Origin: an uncultured Neomegalonema sp.
Lineage (GTDB): Bacteria; Pseudomonadota; Alphaproteobacteria; Rhodobacterales; Rhodobacteraceae
Length of the DNA: 64,000 bases
NCBI GenBank assembly: GCA_937990185.1
Contig: CALKBI010000049.1
Location: forward strand, 6,849 to 70,848
Reading direction: 5' to 3'
The translations under genes and the position numbers were made by a program. The notes under the pieces were generated by a model that was not told the origin of the DNA, ran no database searches, and saw only the letters and a list, made by a program, of their open reading frames with translations. Of this stretch, positions 40,848 through 49,530 are shown piece by piece. How positions within the stretch are numbered: position 1 is the stretch's first letter; each line of letters starts with the position of its first letter.

Positions 40848-42097
40848 TCGGAGGTGTGCTTTTGGCACAGCCTGTATTCGCAGCAGATATTGCGGTGGAC
40901 CTTTCGACAGGGACGATTTTGACGGCCAGCGAAGCAGACGCCCTGCGCCGCCCGGCATCCTTGGCCAAACTCATGACGGCTTTTGTTGCGTTTGAAGCTC
41001 TCGCATCTGAAGAGATCACCGAGGATAAGCGCGTTTCCGTTTCTGCCTTTGCCGCGCGGACACCTCCCGTAAAGCTGCGGATGCGCGCTGGCTCGAAGAT
41101 TGAATTCGCTGAAGTTCTTGGTGCTGCGGTGGTCGGGTCAAAGAACGATGCGGCTGTCGTTGTTGCCGAAGCGATTGCCGGCAGTGAAGCTGCTTTTGTT
41201 GAGCGGATGAATGTTGCCGCCTCGCGTTTGGGCATGAGCAATACACGATTTGCAAATGCAACCGGATTGCCTGCACCGGGGCAACAGACAACAGCTCGGG
41301 ATATGGCGCTTTTATCGCAAGCCTTGCTCGCTCAATTTCCGAGGCGTTCTGAACTTTTGTCGCGCCGGTCGGTGACTGCGTTAGGACGACGAGTATCCAC
41401 GACCAATCCGTTATTCGGACGGGTGAAAGGTGCGGAAGGCCTGAAAACCGGCTTTACATGTGCCGCTGGTTATTCCGTGGCGGCGTTGGTTGAGCGGAAC
41501 GGACGCCGCATCATTGCGGTGACCCTAGGACATCCGAGTAAGAAATCCCGTCTCAGTGGAGCGCGAGGATTGATCGAGGCGGCGTTTAAGATTGGGGATG
41601 GCATTGGGCCATTGGCCTCGGCGAAAGCCAAAACAGGATCACCCCCGGATATCGGCGCATGTTCCGGCGCGGCGGCACAACTGATCGCAACAGATATTTC
41701 GCCGGAGGAAAAGGCGCTCTACGCTGCTGAAGTTGCAAAGGCGCGTCAACGCGTGGCTGTTAATTTAGAATCGGCAGAACCGCCGGTCGTGCGTGTTTTA
41801 CCCAAAAAGGACCCGCCGAAGCCTTCGGCCCCACCACCACTTTCTGGGTGGGGCGTGTTTATTGGGGCACAGACTTCCGAACAAGTGGCGCGAACGCGGT
41901 TGCGGGATGCTCATCGACAGCTTGCTCAACGCGGAACGATTCGGATCGAACGCAGGCGACGTGATGGCCGTGTATTGGCGCTGATCTATGGCCTTGATCA
42001 ACGCGCGGCGATTAATTTTTGCAAAGCGTCTTCCAGATATTGCCTGACACTCACGCCTGCGCGACTACTGAATGCACGGGCGCAATGGCGACGATGA
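40820..42097 (+). CDS. D-alanyl-D-alanine carboxypeptidase (peptidase S11) with C-terminal SPOR-like domain
   Basis: Signal peptide, SxxK (ASLAKLM), SKND (SxN-type) and KTGF (KTG) motifs. The C-terminal WGVFIGAQTSEQVA...ALIYGLDQRAAINFC resembles SPOR. An alternative start at 40844 gives an ATGA overlap. Confidence 0.8.
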   Translation: MVGFFRAAMIGGVLLAQPVFAADIAVDLSTGTILTASEADALRRPASLAKLMTAFVAFEALASEEITEDKRVSVSAFAARTPPVKLRMRAGSKIEFAEVLGAAVVGSKNDAAVVVAEAIAGSEAAFVERMNVAASRLGMSNTRFANATGLPAPGQQTTARDMALLSQALLAQFPRRSELLSRRSVTALGRRVSTTNPLFGRVKGAEGLKTGFTCAAGYSVAALVERNGRRIIAVTLGHPSKKSRLSGARGLIEAAFKIGDGIGPLASAKAKTGSPPDIGACSGAAAQLIATDISPEEKALYAAEVAKARQRVAVNLESAEPPVVRVLPKKDPPKPSAPPPLSGWGVFIGAQTSEQVARTRLRDAHRQLAQRGTIRIERRRRDGRVLALIYGLDQRAAINFCKASSRYCLTLTPARLLNARAQWRR

Positions 42098-42160
42098 GTG
42101 CATGGATGGACGAGAAGGATCATCCACACTAGATATCCTCTGTAACGAGGAGGCTTATCC

Positions 42161-42583
42161 ATGACCGCAGAAACTTTCGATGAGCTTGTAGAGAATTTCG
42201 AGCTGTTCGATGATTGGGAAGAGCGGTATCGGTATGTCATAGACCTCGGGAAACAAATGCCTGATTTTCCGGAAGCATTGAAAACAGATGCGACGCTGGT
42301 TGAGGGATGTGTCAGCCGTGTCTGGCTCGAAGAAAAAATTACTGGCGAAGGCCCAGAAGCCATCATTGAATTTTCGGGTGATAGTGACGCCTTCATCGTC
42401 AAGGGTCTGATTGCTGTTCTACAAAAATTGTTCTCAGGCCAGACCGCTCAAAGCATTTTGGATACTGATGTGTCCAAAGAGCTATCGCGACTTGATTTGT
42501 CGGCCCATCTCAGTCCGCAACGCAGCAATGGTCTGAATTCAATGGTGGGGAGAATTCGGGGATACGCAGAATTGCAGCTTTAA
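42161..42583 (+). CDS. sufE: SufE-family cysteine desulfuration protein
   Basis: VEGCVSRVWL active-site region; 140 aa. Confidence 0.9.
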   Translation: MTAETFDELVENFELFDDWEERYRYVIDLGKQMPDFPEALKTDATLVEGCVSRVWLEEKITGEGPEAIIEFSGDSDAFIVKGLIAVLQKLFSGQTAQSILDTDVSKELSRLDLSAHLSPQRSNGLNSMVGRIRGYAELQL

Positions 42584-43099
42584 GTCTTTACACGTGAAAA
42601 GCTAAAGTTTCTATTTTTGAATTTATTTCGAAATCGTTCTGAAAGTTAATAAATATTAACTTATTAACCCATTTTGAACCACACAAGCATGTGATCGCGC
42701 ATGGACTCAAACGAATCCGAAAGCGGCCCAGTCAATCGTTACCGTCGCCTCTAGGATTGCGATCCCCGAATCGAGACACAGTCCAATGTTTATGGCGACC
42801 AATCGCTCTGCCCAGCTCATAGGGTCCCCCGACCGTTAATCTGTATGCTGAAGGACTGTTGTCTCATGAGACACGGCTTAACACAAGGTTAAAATTCTTT
42901 GCTCACTGAGGCGGCTTTGGCCTTGAAGAACAGAGTGTATTCTGTAATCTTTTGGGATCGAAAATAGTTAATGAATTAAGTGCGCGCATCTGCTTGATGT
43001 GCATTGATTGAGCAACTAACCGAGCAGTGATTCCAAGGGATGGGATCACGTCGGAAGGCGCGGAGCAAACGCTCCCGCTGAGGCGCGGGGAGCTTTTGC

Positions 43100-46000
43100 G
43101 TGGCGGCATTGAGAACTATTTCTCCATCGGAGTTCGTGCGTCGTTTGAAGCACGGTATCGTATCGCATGACAGTAAAGTCGTCTGGTTCTTGGGCGCGGG
43201 ATGTTCTGTAAGTTCTGGTGTCGACGATGCTGCAACACTGACAAATCGTTGGCTGAAAGAACTGATGTACCTTGAGACAGGTGAAGAGGATGGCTTGGAG
43301 GAGTGGGCCGAATCCCGGTTCCCGACCTATGACCGGAATGATCCTGCCTCTGCCTATATTCAAGTTCATGAAGCGCTGTTTTACACGGATCAGGATCAGC
43401 AACGCGAACAAGAAGAGTTGGCAAGTGAGGGCCAGCCGGGCTTTGGATATGCAACGCTGGCGCAACTCTTAACCCATGAAAAATGGGGTGATCGCTGCAA
43501 CACAGTCATCACCACAAACTTCGACGATTTGGCTGCCGATGCCCTTTACTTTTATTCCCAACGTAAGCCTCAGGTACTGACGCACGAATCTTTTGATCGG
43601 CATGTTCAAGTCAGCGATGCCCGCCCGACGATTGTTAAGCTGTATGGTGATGCTCACCTCAGCTCGGAATACCTCGATGGTAATCGTCGTTTACTACGGA
43701 ATGATGTGAAGAACCGCCTGCGTGCGTTGGCAACAGAATGTACGCTGGTATTTGTCGGATACGGTGGTCGGGACGATTGCATCCTCGATCTTTTCGAAGA
43801 AATGCCCCAAGGCGCTCCCTCTGGCGGTGTCTATTGGGTGAATGATAAAGCTCCCGGCAAATCGATGTCGCAATGGCTGGAAGATCGAAGAGCTGTCTGG
43901 GCGCAGAATGAGAGCTTTGATGATCTCATGTATCTGTTGCGCCGTGAGTTTCAGCTTGGCCATCCGCGCATTGATCGCTTTGACCAAATTTTGCAGAAAT
44001 ATGATGCCGAGTACCGCGCATTGGCATCGAAGAAAACGTTGCAGCCTGTCCCTGTCGATGGCCCGGTTTCCTCACCTGCCGCACCAGAGGTAAAACCTGC
44101 TGTTGTTGTCGAGCCAGTCGTTACCCGGCCTGTTGCCAATGAAGTTTCTGCGGTAAAAGAACCCGCCAATACGCCAAGCGAAACTTATATTGCGGCGACG
44201 GCAGAGGCCAAATCTTGGCCGGTTGCCACAGAACCTATGGCAGAGGAACGCTCTGAACTTCAGGAACCGACTATTGCGGCGTCAACGATGGTTGAGCCGA
44301 GCAATGACGATGAGTTGCGCGAACCTGAAATCGAAGTGCTCGATCCTGTAACACCTGATACATTGAAGACTGAACCTTTGGTCGCTGCCGCAATTGCGAT
44401 GAAAGCGCGTGAGAAGGTCGAGGCTGCTCAACGCGCCGATCCTTCCGCTCCAATGATTGAAAGTGAAGCCCGTCAGGATAATATCTCTCCTGATATAGAC
44501 AGATCGAATGACGCTGCTACAGCAAGCGCCTTTAGTGCTGCGGTTGCTGTTACGGAATCTCCCTCTAAGGCGTCATCAGTTGATGTGACCAATTTTTCTG
44601 TCAATTTGGATGAGGGTAGCTTTCCGCCAGTAAACGGTTCTGTTCGCGACTCTGAGTCGGGTGACGACGATATTTTCGAATTAAACACTGAAGCTACAGA
44701 AACTGACATCAGCGGAAATGAAACAAGCCCTGCCGCACTTGCTTCTGCGACAGTGGAAAATAACGAAGACGGATCTCGACATAAGATTGATGCGCTCATT
44801 GCCGCTGCAGTGAAAGCGATGGCCACTGATAGCCAGGAGCAAGACGCATCAAATCCTGTAGATATGTCCTCGGCCACTCTTGATAATATTACGGCGCCTC
44901 TCGGTGCATTGGACATTGACGTCGCTGATGTTGCGCCGCCTCTTGACTCGTTGGTTGCTCAACCTTTGCCAAATCGTCCTGTTGGCGCGCCAACACGTTC
45001 GACAGATGCCGAGATTATCGACATCGCAGAAGACACAGTTGATGCTGGTCCGCTGACGCCTCCGACCCGTCTGATGCGCCGCGATGATGCTGTTGCTTTA
45101 GATGCCCGATTTCGGTCAGCCCTAGCAGATAATCCCCGCGATGCGATGCTGCTCGCGGATTACGCGCAGTTCTTGACTGTGGGACGTCAGGACCATGATG
45201 GAGCGGAGCATTACTTCAATCGTGCAGTTGATGCTGATCCGCAAAACGATGCTGCATTGCGTTTGTTCGCGCGGTTTTTAACCGATATTCGCCGCGACCA
45301 TGAACGCGCTGAAGATTGTTATCGTCTGGCGATCCGCGCAAATTTCGAGAGCGCGGAGACGATGTGCAGCTACGCAGAGTTCTTGTGGCACGCTCGCGGT
45401 GATTTCGAAACGGCTGGCGAATGCTTCCAAGTTGCAGTGGATGCTGCGCCGCGCGATGCTGGGTCATTGATGCGGTATGCAGAATTCCTGAAACTTGTTC
45501 AGCGCAACGATGATGCGGCTTATGCGTTATTGAAACTTGCAGCAGCATCTGGCGGGACTGATCCGGCGGCGACGGTGGCGCTGGCAGAATTTACCGCAGC
45601 ACGTCGCGGTGATGTTGAAAAAGCTGACGTTATTTTTGAAAAGGCGCTGGAGATTGACGGCGATTCTGTAGAGACGCTGACAAGCGCTGCTCAGTTTCAT
45701 GCTCAGTATAAGGGTGACTTAAGCCGCGCTGAGACTTTGTTTGATCATGCATTAAGCGTCGATTCTGCCTCTACGGAGACGTTGTTGGCATTCGCTGATT
45801 TCCTTCGTATTCACCGATCTGATCCGGCTAAAGCCGAGGCGATGATTAAACGTGCCATGGAGGCTGATCCCGGTAATGCGGGGATTGCCGCAGCATATGC
45901 GCTCTTCCGTGATGAAGTTTTGGTTGATGATGAAGGCGCTGAGGACATGTTCCGCAAGGCCATCAATCTTGATCCCCGCGACGCGACTGTGCTGACGCAT

Positions 46001-46768
46001 TACGGACGGTTCCTCCAGTATTCTCGCCGTAAGCCTAGCGCTGCAGAAGATCGTTTGCGTAAAGCGGTTGGTATGGAGCCGCGCAATGCGCTGGCACTGC
46101 GTAGCTATGGCATGTTTTTAATTTTGGAGCGCGATAACCTCGAAGAAGGTGAGCGTTATTTGCGCCGTGCTGTCACCGCTGCACCGTCCGATGCTGAATC
46201 ACTGAGTGATTTGGCTGAATTTTTGGGAAAACGCGGCAGGAACCACGAAGAAACCGAAGATATGTTTCGCCGTGCCCTAGCTGCCGATCAATCGAGCAAA
46301 CGGACTTTACGCCGCTACGCACGTTTCTTGTCGGAAAGCAAAGGCGATACGGATGCAGCGGAAGAAATGTACCGTAAGGTGCTGGATGAACAGCCGGAAG
46401 ATGCCCGCGCGCTAAGCGGATCTGCCCATTCAATGTTTGTTCAAGGAAAACGACGGGAAGGACTTTCATTCCTGGATAAGGCTTTTGATGCCGTTATGGG
46501 TGATGAGCCACGCCGTCGTAGTATTGATTTATTGTTGGAGCTTTGGTTCTTCCGCTATTGCTTTGACGAGAACGCAAAGCGGGACGCTATTAAGGCCGCA
46601 ATCTGGTTGGTGAAAGAAGGCGCTAAAGTCACGCGGATTGATGTCAACTCTATGGTTACCCGTGCCGTTGCAGATAATCATACAGATCCAGATATTTTGC
46701 GCGAACTTGCCGGGGTTGTGAGTGGCTCTGCTGCGCCAGAACGGCTGGACAGATTCAACGTCGCCTAA
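43100..46768 (+). CDS. SIR2-like domain / acidic disordered linker / 13 x 35-aa TPR-like repeat protein
   Basis: GTG start preceded by a ggggag SD. Residues ~25-300 carry VWFLGAGCSVSSG, ITTNFDD, IVKLYGD and LVFVGYGGRDD, which are SIR2_2/ThsA-type blocks. Residues ~312-662 are low-complexity and rich in A/E/P/S/D/V. Residues 663-1128 are 35-aa repeats with pattern D..(A)E..F..A...DP.....L..YA.FL. Confidence 0.8.
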   Translation: MAALRTISPSEFVRRLKHGIVSHDSKVVWFLGAGCSVSSGVDDAATLTNRWLKELMYLETGEEDGLEEWAESRFPTYDRNDPASAYIQVHEALFYTDQDQQREQEELASEGQPGFGYATLAQLLTHEKWGDRCNTVITTNFDDLAADALYFYSQRKPQVLTHESFDRHVQVSDARPTIVKLYGDAHLSSEYLDGNRRLLRNDVKNRLRALATECTLVFVGYGGRDDCILDLFEEMPQGAPSGGVYWVNDKAPGKSMSQWLEDRRAVWAQNESFDDLMYLLRREFQLGHPRIDRFDQILQKYDAEYRALASKKTLQPVPVDGPVSSPAAPEVKPAVVVEPVVTRPVANEVSAVKEPANTPSETYIAATAEAKSWPVATEPMAEERSELQEPTIAASTMVEPSNDDELREPEIEVLDPVTPDTLKTEPLVAAAIAMKAREKVEAAQRADPSAPMIESEARQDNISPDIDRSNDAATASAFSAAVAVTESPSKASSVDVTNFSVNLDEGSFPPVNGSVRDSESGDDDIFELNTEATETDISGNETSPAALASATVENNEDGSRHKIDALIAAAVKAMATDSQEQDASNPVDMSSATLDNITAPLGALDIDVADVAPPLDSLVAQPLPNRPVGAPTRSTDAEIIDIAEDTVDAGPLTPPTRLMRRDDAVALDARFRSALADNPRDAMLLADYAQFLTVGRQDHDGAEHYFNRAVDADPQNDAALRLFARFLTDIRRDHERAEDCYRLAIRANFESAETMCSYAEFLWHARGDFETAGECFQVAVDAAPRDAGSLMRYAEFLKLVQRNDDAAYALLKLAAASGGTDPAATVALAEFTAARRGDVEKADVIFEKALEIDGDSVETLTSAAQFHAQYKGDLSRAETLFDHALSVDSASTETLLAFADFLRIHRSDPAKAEAMIKRAMEADPGNAGIAAAYALFRDEVLVDDEGAEDMFRKAINLDPRDATVLTHYGRFLQYSRRKPSAAEDRLRKAVGMEPRNALALRSYGMFLILERDNLEEGERYLRRAVTAAPSDAESLSDLAEFLGKRGRNHEETEDMFRRALAADQSSKRTLRRYARFLSESKGDTDAAEEMYRKVLDEQPEDARALSGSAHSMFVQGKRREGLSFLDKAFDAVMGDEPRRRSIDLLLELWFFRYCFDENAKRDAIKAAIWLVKEGAKVTRIDVNSMVTRAVADNHTDPDILRELAGVVSGSAAPERLDRFNVA

Positions 46769-46807
46769 TCGGTTGGGTCGTCCAAATAACCTTGAAATAT
46801 AAAGCCG

Positions 46808-46836
46808 AGGCTTCACGCTGAAATGCCGTGGAGCCT
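46808..46836 (+). terminator. hairpin downstream of the SIR2-TPR gene (weak terminator)
   Basis: aggcttcacg-N9-cgtggagcct (9 of 10 bp paired), followed by only a short T-containing tail. Confidence 0.35.
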
Positions 46837-47015
46837 ATAATTGTGTTCTCGAAGCATTTTTCTGGAATGTGTCTGCAAACATCAAAAACTGAGAGAATCT
46901 TAGGGTCGATTATGACCTTAAGCCCTTTGTTATGGATTTAAACACGGCGCTTGCTGTTCATGTAAAAACAATATAAGAAATTGTTTATATCATCATAATA
47001 CGCAGAGCTTTCGCT

Positions 47016-48032
47016 ATGTCTAATGCCCTTTCCCGGCTTCTTGAAACTCGTGATTGGCTGATGGCCGATGGTGCGACGGGCACAAACTTGTTCGCGATGG
47101 GATTGGAAGCGGGAGAGCCGCCGGAGCTTTGGAATATCGATCATCCGGAGCGGATTCGGGCCTTACATCAGGGGTTCGTTGATGCTGGGTCGGATTTGAT
47201 CCTCACTAACAGCTTTGGTGGAACGCGATACCGCTTGAAACTGCATAATCACCAAGATCGTGCGTTCGAGCTGAACAAAGCGTCGGCGGAGATCGCGCGT
47301 GCCGTTGCAGATGAGGCTGGTCGCCCGGTTATTGTTGCTGGTTCCGTAGGCCCGACAGGAGAAATTTTTGAACCTGTTGGTACGCTCTCAATTGCCGATG
47401 CGGTCATCGCTTTCGAAGAGCAAATCAAAGGCTTGATGGAAGGCGGCGCTGATGTGATTTGGGCCGAGACGATTTCATCGGAAGAAGAAATCACTGCCAT
47501 TGCTCAGGCTTGTGCCAATCTTGATGCACCGCTTTGCGCGACGTTGAGCTTTGATACTGCTGGACGGACAATGATGGGTGTGACCTCCACGGGCTATGCA
47601 GAGATACAAAAGACATTGCCTTCTCTGCCCCTCGCGTTTGGCGCGAATTGTGGAACAGGTGCACCCGATTTGCTGCGCACGGTGCTTGGGCTTACAGAAG
47701 CGTGCCCGGATGCCATTGTCATCGCTAAGGCCAATGCCGGCATCCCTAAATATGTTGATGGCATTATTGAATATGACGGCACACCGGAGTTGATGGCGGA
47801 CTATGCGCGTCTCGCTCGCGATGCCGGGGCGCGGATTATCGGTGGCTGCTGTGGAACGAAGCCAGAGCACCTTGTTGCTATGAAAGCTGCGATGGAATCG
47901 CATACTCCAACAAGGCGACCAGCATTAGAAATGATCATCTCCCGCATTGGCGATTTTTCATCAGAGGGCGATGGGACAGGCGATCAAAGCGCTGCTCCAA
48001 GACGTGAACGGCGCGGCCGCAAGCGGGCATAA
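47016..48032 (+). CDS. homocysteine S-methyltransferase domain protein (split MetH, Hcy-binding part)
   Basis: ADGATGTNL, ILTNSFG, GANCG and GGCCGT zinc/Hcy-binding motifs. No pterin-binding or B12-binding domains are present in this ORF. Confidence 0.88.
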   Translation: MSNALSRLLETRDWLMADGATGTNLFAMGLEAGEPPELWNIDHPERIRALHQGFVDAGSDLILTNSFGGTRYRLKLHNHQDRAFELNKASAEIARAVADEAGRPVIVAGSVGPTGEIFEPVGTLSIADAVIAFEEQIKGLMEGGADVIWAETISSEEEITAIAQACANLDAPLCATLSFDTAGRTMMGVTSTGYAEIQKTLPSLPLAFGANCGTGAPDLLRTVLGLTEACPDAIVIAKANAGIPKYVDGIIEYDGTPELMADYARLARDAGARIIGGCCGTKPEHLVAMKAAMESHTPTRRPALEMIISRIGDFSSEGDGTGDQSAAPRRERRGRKRA

Positions 48033-48043
48033 CCCGCGCGTGA

Positions 48044-48631
48044 CTAACCAACGTGCGGGGTTGTGCCTTTATCGCGTGTGAGAATCCACGCGGCAGCGGC
48101 CCCAGCCATTGCCCCAAATAAATGCGATTCCCACGAGATGCGTTGATCCGGCAATACGCCCAAGATCAACCCACCATAGAGCAAACCTGCAAAAACAGCC
48201 ATTGCGATTGCGCGTAAACTCCGCTCAAAAATTCCAAGCGCAACAACATATCCTAGATATCCGAACACCAATCCGCTCGCACCCACATGGACGCGGTTGT
48301 CACCCCGAGCCAACAGCCAGACCAGCAAACCGCCCAGAAGTACGATGATGATCGTCGAATCAAGAAATCGCTTTGGCGATGCCATCGCAGCCATCCCACC
48401 CAAGACGACCAGAGGAACAGTATTGGCGATGATGTGCCCAAACCCTGCATGGAGGAACGGCGAAGCCGGTATGCCGATCAATCCACCGAAATCTCTCGGC
48501 TCTAACCCAAACCATTGGTTTAATTCGTACCCCGAGATGAAATTCACAACTTGTGCGGCCCATATCACCACCAGAAGAGTGAAAATTGGACGGAGAAACT
48601 CAAAAGTCAGACTGTCTTTATTCAGTGCCAT
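48044..48631 (-). CDS. rhomboid family intramembrane serine protease
   Basis: FGHIIANT (H/N region), GASGLVFG (GxSG) and a downstream His in a 6-TM profile. Confidence 0.85.
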   Translation of the reverse strand: MALNKDSLTFEFLRPIFTLLVVIWAAQVVNFISGYELNQWFGLEPRDFGGLIGIPASPFLHAGFGHIIANTVPLVVLGGMAAMASPKRFLDSTIIIVLLGGLLVWLLARGDNRVHVGASGLVFGYLGYVVALGIFERSLRAIAMAVFAGLLYGGLILGVLPDQRISWESHLFGAMAGAAAAWILTRDKGTTPHVG

Positions 48632-48819
48632 TCAGCGTGCTCCGTGGCTTTGAGTAAACATCTGTTAACAAATAGCGATGCAGGCTTGCAAATGCTTACG
48701 TTTTATAGCTTGGGTCGGAATAAGATTCTGAATTGTCGCGTCCAGTTCACATAATTGACTTGATGCAGGCAATGGTCGCAAGCGGCCCGGCTCTGCCGGC
48801 GTGATTTGGAGTGCGTAAT

Positions 48820-49521
48820 ATGGCCGACGAAGAAGACGACATCATCCTCAGCGAGTTGAGCGATGATGAGCTTGTGCTGCAAATGCACGATGACCTTTAT
48901 GACGGTCTAAAAGATGAAATTTCCGAAGGTGTGAACATTCTGCTGGAGCGCGGATGGACTCCCTACGATGTGCTGACCAAGGCATTGGTTGAAGGGATGC
49001 GAATCGTCGGTATCGACTTTCGCGATGGCATTCTCTTCGTTCCTGAAGTCTTGCTCGCCGCGAATGCAATGAAGGCAGGAATGTTTATTCTGCGGCCTTT
49101 GCTGGCGGAAACCGGTGCTCCTAAGCAAGGCAAGATGGTCATCGGGACCGTCAAAGGCGATATCCATGACATCGGCAAAAACCTTGTCGGTATGATGATG
49201 GAAGGCGCGGGCTTTGATGTGGTTGATCTCGGCATCAACAATCCCGTTGAGAACTACCTCGAAGCCATCGAGAAAGAAGACGCTGATATTCTCGGCATGT
49301 CTGCTTTGCTGACCACGACCATGCCTTATATGAAGGTCGTGATTGACGAGATGACTGCGAAAGGCATTCGCGAAAATTATGTCGTTCTTGTCGGCGGCGC
49401 ACCGCTCAATGAAGAGTTTGGTAAAGCCATCGGTGCGGATGCCTATTGTCGTGATGCGGCGGTGGCGGTTGAAACTGCTAAAGAATTCATGGAACACCGC
49501 AAGCATAACCAGACTGCATAG
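48820..49521 (+). CDS. corrinoid (B12-binding cap + B12-binding domain) protein
   Basis: DIHDIGKNLV (DxHxxG), SALLTTT and GGAPL motifs. ATG 48820 is preceded by a ggag SD. Confidence 0.88.
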   Translation: MADEEDDIILSELSDDELVLQMHDDLYDGLKDEISEGVNILLERGWTPYDVLTKALVEGMRIVGIDFRDGILFVPEVLLAANAMKAGMFILRPLLAETGAPKQGKMVIGTVKGDIHDIGKNLVGMMMEGAGFDVVDLGINNPVENYLEAIEKEDADILGMSALLTTTMPYMKVVIDEMTAKGIRENYVVLVGGAPLNEEFGKAIGADAYCRDAAVAVETAKEFMEHRKHNQTA

Positions 49522-49530
49522 GCATAGCCT

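Noticed and set aside
43046-43465. 139-aa and 112-aa minus-strand ORFs overlapping the start of the SIR2-TPR gene
   Set aside because: They have no motifs and are antisense to the SIR2 motif-bearing frame. They are likely shadows. I cannot exclude an antisense transcript, but nothing in the sequence supports one.
48632-48819. Cobalamin riboswitch upstream of the corrinoid-protein gene, and SAM-II-type leader upstream of the Hcy methyltransferase gene (46769-47015)
   Set aside because: I could not find a B12-box-like core or the conserved SAM-II pseudoknot strings by eye. An Infernal/Rfam scan would be needed to settle it. No claim is made.
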